From Candidatus Omnitrophota bacterium (GTDB lineage Bacteria > Omnitrophota > Gorgyraeia > 2-01-FULL-45-10), in contig JAUYOL010000036.1 of assembly GCA_030695905.1 (NCBI GenBank), forward strand, positions 182,814-246,813: DNA of 64,000 bases. Reading direction: 5' to 3'. The first letter of the stretch is position 1. Each line of letters starts with the position of its first letter. This document shows positions 58,064 to 64,000 of the stretch, piece by piece. The notes beneath the pieces were generated by a model. It saw only the letters and a list, made by a program, of their open reading frames with translations. It had not been told where the DNA came from and made no database searches. Position numbers and translations under genes: made by a program.

Positions 58064-58437
58064 TGAGCCTTAAACTTATTATTCTAATAGTGCTTGCGGA
58101 GATATTCATATGCTCGGCGCAATTTCTATTTAAGACAGGCGCTAACAAGCTTAAATTCCACAATCTTAATACGATAAATGGATATATAACATTTATAAAA
58201 TCATCATTGGCTATTCCGGCAATATGGGGAGGCTTGCTGCTAAACGCATTTGCCGTGGTGGTATGGATACTGGTGCTCACGCTCGTTGACTTAAGCCTCG
58301 CGATACCCTTGGACAGCATTCACTATGTATTGATACTTATAGGCTCACATTTCTTTCTTAAAGAGCGCCTTACCTGGGAAAGAGTAGCGGCTACGCTATT
58401 TATTGCCGGCGGGATAGTGCTTGTAGCTCTTGGCTAA
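58063..58437 (+). CDS. Small 4-TM DMT/EamA-like transporter subunit (partner of 57641..58063)
   Basis: 124 aa, four TM helices. Translationally coupled to the upstream subunit. This is the paired small DMT arrangement seen in ArnE/ArnF undecaprenyl-phosphate-aminoarabinose flippases. Confidence 0.6.
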   Translation: MSLKLIILIVLAEIFICSAQFLFKTGANKLKFHNLNTINGYITFIKSSLAIPAIWGGLLLNAFAVVVWILVLTLVDLSLAIPLDSIHYVLILIGSHFFLKERLTWERVAATLFIAGGIVLVALG

Positions 58438-59363
58438 GAAGGTAGTAGAAGTTCCAATATCCTGATATTTGTCGCTTCGTTCACGGAATCTATTATAGAC
58501 TGATCTTTGTCCATAGCGCTGAAATGGCGCGGGTGGCCGATATCGTTAATGGCCGTTCTTATAAATCCTTCCGCCTTTACCAAAGAATAATCGCCTGTTA
58601 TATCGAGGCCTGCGATCTGACAATTCTCTTTTATAAAATTTAGCATGAGTAACAAGTCTCCCAAATCAAGAGCGCCCTCTTCCCAGTTGGTAAGCGAATA
58701 CCGATCGTATAGACAATCCTTATCTATCGTGACATAGACTTTTTTTGTAGGAAGGCGGCGTAATATATGCAGAAAAAATTCGGCTATATTCTTGTCTTTA
58801 AGCTCCTGCCAATATATCTCATTAAAAAATAGCCCATTTTTAACCGTTATCGATATATTTTTCGGTATATTCTTTAAAAAAACTTTTGTCGGTTTATGCT
58901 GATAAGGATATATCTCCACCCTATCGTCCTTTAATAAATCGTAGCTGCCGGTCTGGATGACGTTCGGGGAAATATCTCCGGAAGACGCTCCTAATAATAT
59001 TATTTTTTTTACGTTCTCTTTTTCCGCGATCTTCGTTACCCATGCGCCGCAACTTATCCTGGGCGGCATCATATCCCAGTCGGGATGGCGGTCAAACGAA
59101 ATTACGCTTATATCTTCGCTGAATTGATCTATCAGCAGACTTGCTACATGGTGGAAATCACCTGAACCAAGAAATGTTACGGAATGTTTTGCGGCGGGGT
59201 CGATAGATGCCCTTATCTGATTAAATGTTTTTTCATCCGAATATAACCGTGCAGCGGGTCCAAATTTTGTGAGATCTACCACAGAAGGGCTGAAGCGCTC
59301 GATTAGGCGCTTCTGCCGTGTTACACTATTATCAAAATTTAGTATCCGTACCGGTCCAACCAT
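58434..59363 (-). CDS. Divergent arginase/ureohydrolase-fold family protein (tentative)
   Basis: Motif spacing GSGDFHH … FDRHPD … IDKDCLYD … GLDITGDY loosely parallels the arginase GGDHS / DAHxD / SxDxDxxDP / GxDxxE metal-binding motifs. Confidence 0.35.
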   Translation of the reverse strand: MVGPVRILNFDNSVTRQKRLIERFSPSVVDLTKFGPAARLYSDEKTFNQIRASIDPAAKHSVTFLGSGDFHHVASLLIDQFSEDISVISFDRHPDWDMMPPRISCGAWVTKIAEKENVKKIILLGASSGDISPNVIQTGSYDLLKDDRVEIYPYQHKPTKVFLKNIPKNISITVKNGLFFNEIYWQELKDKNIAEFFLHILRRLPTKKVYVTIDKDCLYDRYSLTNWEEGALDLGDLLLMLNFIKENCQIAGLDITGDYSLVKAEGFIRTAINDIGHPRHFSAMDKDQSIIDSVNEATNIRILELLLPS

Positions 59364-59364
59364 T

Positions 59365-60786
59365 TTATGATATCGCGGCTATGCCTTTTTTCAACGCTTC
59401 TTCGAATAACTCGACAGCGAGATCCATCTCTTTCTCGGTAATATATAGCGAAGGCGCGAGAGTGAATACATTTTTGTAATAACCGCCCACGTCGAGAACG
59501 AGCCCTCTCATCTTCCCGCCTGCGGTCAATTCCCCCGATAACCCTATCTGGGTTATCGCGTCCGTAAGCTTCTTGTTAGGCGTATATCCGTCTTTTTCGC
59601 ATATCTCCATCCTTAGCGCAAGACCAAGCCCGTCGACATCGCCTATCTGCGGATACTTCTTCATCAATTGCCTCAATCTCGACACAAAGTATTCGCCCTT
59701 CTTAGGTACTTTTACGGCAAAACCTTCTTCTTCCATTAACTTCATTGCTTCAAGGCCTACCGCTGTACCCAAAGGATTTGATGAGAACGTGGAATGGGTC
59801 GAACCTGGCCCGAAGACCTTTGGAGATATCAATTTTTCTTTGGCCCAAATACAGGATATCGGGTTTAGCCCGTTAGTCAGCGCCTTGCCCATTACAACAA
59901 TATCCGGCACCACGCCAAAGTGTTCGATCGCCCATAGTTTTCCTGTCCTGTAGAAGCCCATCTGTATTTCATCGTCAACCATAAGAATATTATATCTATC
60001 CAGGACCTCTTTTAATTGAGAAAAATAATCAAGAGGCGGTACCACATACCCGCCTGTGCCCTGCACAGCCTCGATATAGAAAGCACCGAATTCACACTTA
60101 CCCGTCTTTGTATTAAGAACGGAGTGGTACTCTGTTTCAAAAAGTTTCTCGAATTGTTTCAGGCAGTACATATCGCACATGTCTTTTTTCTTGCCGTACG
60201 AGCATCTGAAACAATACGGATACGGGATAAACTGCGCCCTATCCGAAAAATGTCCGAACTTCTCCCTGTATCTATAACTTGATGTTATTGCCGACGCGCC
60301 AAGTGTCCTGCCGTGATATCCGCCCTGAAAAGCGAACATCAGGTTCCTGCCGGTATGGCTCCTGACGAGCTTCAAAGAATCTTCTACTGCGGCCGAGCCT
60401 CCTACATTGAAATGAACCCTGCCCTTCTCCTCAAATGTCATCTCGGCCTTTCTAGCTATCTTGGCGGCAAGCTGTATCTTCTCCTCATGAAGATATTGAC
60501 ATGCAAGTTGCGGCAACCTATCTATCTGTTTTTTAAGCGCATTATTCAGTCTTTCGTTTCTATATCCAAAATTCACCGCAGAGTACCACATCTGCAGATC
60601 CATATATTCAGTGCCGGCTTTGTCATACAGATATACGCCTTCTGCCGTATCGAAAATATTCAGTTTTTCCGAATAATGGACGGTATCTCCCCATGAACAA
60701 TAATCCGCTTCCAGTTTTAAAAGATCTTCGCCCTGGCTCGCCTTGGACTTTACAGGCTTATTCAAAACCTTTTCATTCTTCTTCAT
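59365..60786 (-). CDS. Class III (omega) PLP-dependent aminotransferase
   Basis: …GGSAAVEDSLKL…ILMVDDEIQMGFYRTGKLWA…VMGKALTNG (Lys)…; 473 aa. Confidence 0.8.
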   Translation of the reverse strand: MKKNEKVLNKPVKSKASQGEDLLKLEADYCSWGDTVHYSEKLNIFDTAEGVYLYDKAGTEYMDLQMWYSAVNFGYRNERLNNALKKQIDRLPQLACQYLHEEKIQLAAKIARKAEMTFEEKGRVHFNVGGSAAVEDSLKLVRSHTGRNLMFAFQGGYHGRTLGASAITSSYRYREKFGHFSDRAQFIPYPYCFRCSYGKKKDMCDMYCLKQFEKLFETEYHSVLNTKTGKCEFGAFYIEAVQGTGGYVVPPLDYFSQLKEVLDRYNILMVDDEIQMGFYRTGKLWAIEHFGVVPDIVVMGKALTNGLNPISCIWAKEKLISPKVFGPGSTHSTFSSNPLGTAVGLEAMKLMEEEGFAVKVPKKGEYFVSRLRQLMKKYPQIGDVDGLGLALRMEICEKDGYTPNKKLTDAITQIGLSGELTAGGKMRGLVLDVGGYYKNVFTLAPSLYITEKEMDLAVELFEEALKKGIAAIS

Positions 60787-61445
60787 CTATCCATCCTCCT
60801 CATAAAGTCATAAACGTTTTTTAGGCTGCTAAATGATATGAAGGGCTTGCCTTCTCTTAATAAATATTTCTTTAGATTACCTTTCGCGAATACGATATCC
60901 GAATTTTTTGACGGACATAGATCGGACAGGCCGTCGCCTATATATATTATAACCCTGTCATCGAATTTGCTTTTGGGCAGGTGGTTAGTTTTGCAATTGC
61001 CGCATATCCTGCAATTTTCATGCTGGTGCGGAAAATGCGGAACTAACTTACCGCCGGACAATTTTATCTTATTTGAATATATCTTTATGCCGTTTATTCC
61101 GTTATTACGCAGTATCGATTTTATGAAATACGAGAAACTATCGCTTAATATGACCGGCTTAACCTGGCTTTCTTTGAGCAAAGCTATTATCTTTTTGAAA
61201 TACGGGTCCACTTTTATTCTTGCCAAATACCGGTCGAGTCTTGCCTTATCAACCCTGACGCTCTTCAACTGGCCCGACAGGCAGCCTTTTGAGCCTATCT
61301 TGCCTTTTTTCCAAGCAACTTCAAACGCCATCCATTTCTTATTTACCGAAAACTTCTCCACTATACTATCGAGCACATCAAAGTGGGTTATCGTATTATC
61401 GAAATCGAAGAATACCGCGCAGTCCGACAGATTATCTTTGTGCAT
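60783..61445 (-). CDS. HAD-superfamily (subfamily IB-like) phosphatase
   Basis: AVFFDFDNTIT (motif I DxD), …ILSDSF…, …YIGDGLSD (motif IV). Start set at the internal Met (MHKDNL). Confidence 0.65.
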   Translation of the reverse strand: MHKDNLSDCAVFFDFDNTITHFDVLDSIVEKFSVNKKWMAFEVAWKKGKIGSKGCLSGQLKSVRVDKARLDRYLARIKVDPYFKKIIALLKESQVKPVILSDSFSYFIKSILRNNGINGIKIYSNKIKLSGGKLVPHFPHQHENCRICGNCKTNHLPKSKFDDRVIIYIGDGLSDLCPSKNSDIVFAKGNLKKYLLREGKPFISFSSLKNVYDFMRRMDR

Positions 61446-62319
61446 TTTGAAAGAAAGCCTCCATCTTTGCCGCGACCGTATCGCGCTCCTGATCCGCGGT
61501 AACAACGTGATAAGAATCGTATAAGAGCACTATCTCTTTCATGGATGAACCGATCTTATCATATATATATTTCGAATTTTTAACGCTCGTCATATCGTCG
61601 TCTTTAGCCTGAACGAGCTGGACGGGAATTTTTATATGCGGCAATCTCCTCGTAATGTGTCTGACCAGGTATTTCAGTTGGCATAATTGCGCCACCGGGA
61701 AATAAGGATATCCGTACTGTTCCACATTCTGCATATTGTCAAGAGTGGCTGTGGAGTAATATTTGTGGATACGGTTCTGTATCGCCTCATTCTTTATTCC
61801 GTATGGCGGCTCTTCTTTAAAATAGGCAAAATGCCTTAATGGCGTAAAATAACCAAGCGGCAGAATAAATCTTGCCCAGGGGGTATTCCAGCCGTCATAA
61901 AATAGTGTCGGCGCCAGACAACAGACGCCCTTAACTTTATCGCTGAATTCATCGGCAAGCAGAAGGGCCAAAAGGGCTCCCATGGATAATCCGCCGGTAA
62001 ATATCGGTCCCGGATGGTCCCCTAACTCGCCTTCTGTAAATATTTTGCGTACAGATTCGTAAAACTCTTCCCATTTTGCGTGTTTTAGCACGCGTATCGA
62101 ATCACCGTGATAGGCAAGCCTCGGGCATATTACCGTGTAACCCTTCTTATTAAGATAATTTGCCAGAAACCGCATCTCATTCGGTGTGCCGGTAAGGCCG
62201 TGTATCAATACCACCGTCGCGCCATTATCGCCTTTGAGAGTAAAGCCATTGCCGGACGTCCTGCCGGACGGCTCTTCTTTTTGAATCTCCTTTAAACGAA
62301 ACGACCACACAACAGACAT
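61432..62319 (-). CDS. Alpha/beta-fold hydrolase (esterase/lysophospholipase-like)
   Basis: ATVVLIHGLTGTPNEM…GGLSMGALLAL (nucleophile elbow GxSxG)…; 295 aa. Confidence 0.75.
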   Translation of the reverse strand: MSVVWSFRLKEIQKEEPSGRTSGNGFTLKGDNGATVVLIHGLTGTPNEMRFLANYLNKKGYTVICPRLAYHGDSIRVLKHAKWEEFYESVRKIFTEGELGDHPGPIFTGGLSMGALLALLLADEFSDKVKGVCCLAPTLFYDGWNTPWARFILPLGYFTPLRHFAYFKEEPPYGIKNEAIQNRIHKYYSTATLDNMQNVEQYGYPYFPVAQLCQLKYLVRHITRRLPHIKIPVQLVQAKDDDMTSVKNSKYIYDKIGSSMKEIVLLYDSYHVVTADQERDTVAAKMEAFFQNAQR

Positions 62320-62409
62320 ATTAACGCCTTTCTATCTTATGTATTAATATTACACTATATGGCATGAGAACAAGATTAAATTAAGATTAAAATATTTTAA
62401 TATTGCATT

Positions 62410-62485
62410 GGAGACGTTTTCCAAATGCATAAGGAAGCTGTCCCTACATGGGGGCAGCTTCCCGATTGACTTGGAAAGCGTCTCC
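62410..62485 (-). terminator. Nested inverted-repeat hairpin immediately 3' of the histidine-kinase gene
   Basis: Outer arms GGAGACGTTTTCCAA / TTGGAAAGCGTCTCC (15 nt, 1 mismatch). Inner arms GAAGCTG / CAGCTTC. A/T-rich sequence follows on the minus strand. Confidence 0.4.
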
Positions 62486-62488
62486 GGT

Positions 62489-63973
62489 TCAAACAGGATA
62501 CGAAAGCGGAAGGGAAACTGTGAAAGTGGCGCCTTGGTTAGGCTGACTTGTAACTGATATAACGCCTCGGTGAGACTCGACGATCGACTTTGCTATGCTA
62601 AGCCCCAGGCCGAATCCGTGATTGGTGCGCCTTGCGCGCGCAACCTGATAGAATCTGTCAAATATGTAAGGCAGTTCTTCCTCGGGGATGCCTATGCCGG
62701 TATCGCTTACCACCACTTTTATATGGCTGCCGTCTTTCTGCGCCATCACTATGACTTTGCCTTTTCTCAATGTATATTTTATGGCGTTGTCGAACAGGTT
62801 TACGAATAACCGCCTTAATTGATCCTCGTCTCCATCCAATATAAGATTATCCTGCCGCGATAGCGATGTGTCTATGTCCTTCTGTTGAGCCAATATCTTC
62901 ATGTCGTCCATAACGCGATTAAGCACGCCGCCCAGATCCACCCTTCTTATCTCGAGCGCGACCTGATTATTGTCAAATCTCGCCAATGCCAGAAGATCCT
63001 CTATTACACGCGACATCTTGCCTATCTCCTCAAGGCTGCTATTAAGCACAGCTTCATATTCCTCCGGCGATCTCAATTTTTTTAGAGTGACTTCAAGCTC
63101 ACCCTTAAGTATCGTAAGCGGTGTTCTTAACTCATGAGATATGTCCTGTATAAACTCATGCTGTGACGTAAAGGACTTGTCCAGCCGCTCTATCATGTCA
63201 TTGAATGTATCGGCAAGCCTTTTTATCTCATCCTTAGTATCGGGTAGATGTATCCTTAATTTCAAGTTTTCCGCCGTGATCTTCTTTAGAGTATCTATCA
63301 TGTGATCAACCGGACGTAATGTTAAGCGCGCTAAAAACGCTCCAGCTATTCCCGTAATAATTACAGTGATGGGCAGAAGAACGAATAGCAAAATTCTTAA
63401 CCCTTTTAAGGCGATATATATCAGGCCCTGCGCGCTTACGACCTGGATAAGATATTTGATCTTACCGTCCTGCTGCACAGGTTTGGTATAGACTCTGAAC
63501 GCTATAGGCTTGCCGGGCTGCGCCTCTCCTTTGAGCGTATCAAAACTATCTTTACCCTCCAGGATATAATCAAGATCGTCTTCGGAGAGAGTATATATCT
63601 TCGGAGCGTTTTTGGAGGATACTAATTTTTTGCCGTTAACATCAAGTATCTGGGCATAGATACTCATAAGGCTGGGGTCTTTGGACTTTTCTATAACCCA
63701 GTTACTTGCCATTGTCAAAAACTTATCTGTATCGGCCTGGGTGGCGGGCGCTGAAGACTTGCCGGATTCGGAATTCTTCATCTCTTCTATTTCCCAATAC
63801 GTAGATATGGCGCTGGCAATACCTCCCGCGCGTGAGCTTAAAAGATCGTCCAGGTCTCCATACAAGACATTTTTAAAATTCTGGTACACCAGCACGCTGA
63901 ACGCGAGAAGTGTGATGGTCAATAACCCCATATACCAGAGCACTATTTTGAAACGTATAGATTTGAAGAACAT
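62489..63973 (-). CDS. Sensor histidine kinase (TM-sensor-TM, HAMP, HisKA, HATPase_c)
   Basis: H-box ISHELRTPLTILKGELEV, N-box …LFVNLFDNAIKYT…, G-boxes …DTGIGI… / …GFGLGLSIAKS…; 494 aa. Confidence 0.85.
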   Translation of the reverse strand: MFFKSIRFKIVLWYMGLLTITLLAFSVLVYQNFKNVLYGDLDDLLSSRAGGIASAISTYWEIEEMKNSESGKSSAPATQADTDKFLTMASNWVIEKSKDPSLMSIYAQILDVNGKKLVSSKNAPKIYTLSEDDLDYILEGKDSFDTLKGEAQPGKPIAFRVYTKPVQQDGKIKYLIQVVSAQGLIYIALKGLRILLFVLLPITVIITGIAGAFLARLTLRPVDHMIDTLKKITAENLKLRIHLPDTKDEIKRLADTFNDMIERLDKSFTSQHEFIQDISHELRTPLTILKGELEVTLKKLRSPEEYEAVLNSSLEEIGKMSRVIEDLLALARFDNNQVALEIRRVDLGGVLNRVMDDMKILAQQKDIDTSLSRQDNLILDGDEDQLRRLFVNLFDNAIKYTLRKGKVIVMAQKDGSHIKVVVSDTGIGIPEEELPYIFDRFYQVARARRTNHGFGLGLSIAKSIVESHRGVISVTSQPNQGATFTVSLPLSYPV

Positions 63974-64000
63974 TTTAATCCTCTAAAATGTAACCGCGCC

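Noticed and set aside
60838-61524. 228-aa plus-strand ORF
   Set aside because: Antisense shadow of the HAD hydrolase gene, with no domain signature.
1-64000. CRISPR arrays, rRNA/tRNA genes, transposases/integrases
   Set aside because: No short direct repeats with unique spacers, no rRNA-like conserved blocks, no convincing tRNA cloverleafs and no transposase or integrase-like ORFs were seen. The only mobile element recognised is the intein homing endonuclease.

Overview
64 kb of an AT-rich bacterial chromosome. Every substantial coding gene lies on the minus strand except one adjacent pair of small membrane-protein genes at 57.6-58.4 kb. LptD is present, so the organism is diderm. Proteins are lysine-rich and many calls are to families rather than named genes; the taxon cannot be assigned from the sequence alone.

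Left ~29 kb: a dense cell-surface glycan superlocus. It holds a Wzx flippase, a CgeB-like GT and two GT2s, plus one full and one truncated GT-C-like membrane glycosyltransferase. It also holds a complete dTDP-L-rhamnose operon (rmlC-A-B-D) and three nucleotide-sugar dehydrogenases. One of these, TviB/WbpO-like, carries a LAGLIDADG intein exactly at its catalytic Cys; a TviC/WbpP-like 4-epimerase sits next to it. An ArnA(decarboxylase)/ArnB/ArnC-like amino-pentose module is present. A CDP-glucose (RfbF) based module is surrounded by an unusual set of tailoring enzymes: two cobalamin-binding radical SAM proteins (one partial at the window edge), one SPASM radical SAM, two Zn-ribbon C-methyltransferases, a CmcI-type methyltransferase, a second RmlC-like epimerase, several SDR reductases, a DUF362 protein and a MarR-EPS regulator. 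A GC-rich island at 3.5-5.9 kb sits inside it.

Middle: lptD, transaldolase/Fsa, ROK kinase, two GAF-GGDEF cyclases, an orphan sugar ABC ATPase, accD, an orphan corrinoid protein, DUF1015, VanZ and FmdB.

Right: a CIRCE/HrcA-controlled hrcA-grpE-dnaK-dnaJ heat-shock operon, with a RelE/antitoxin module and a ~510 bp structured noncoding gap inserted between dnaK and dnaJ. Then hflX, miaA, a TPR-SPOR protein and a TRAM-less miaB-like gene. Then zupT, maf, two tandem BaiN/HI0933 flavoproteins, rluA, a NiCoT-like transporter, the plus-strand ArnE/F-like 4-TM DMT pair, an aminotransferase, hydrolases and a sensor histidine kinase.

No rRNA, tRNA or CRISPR was recognised.
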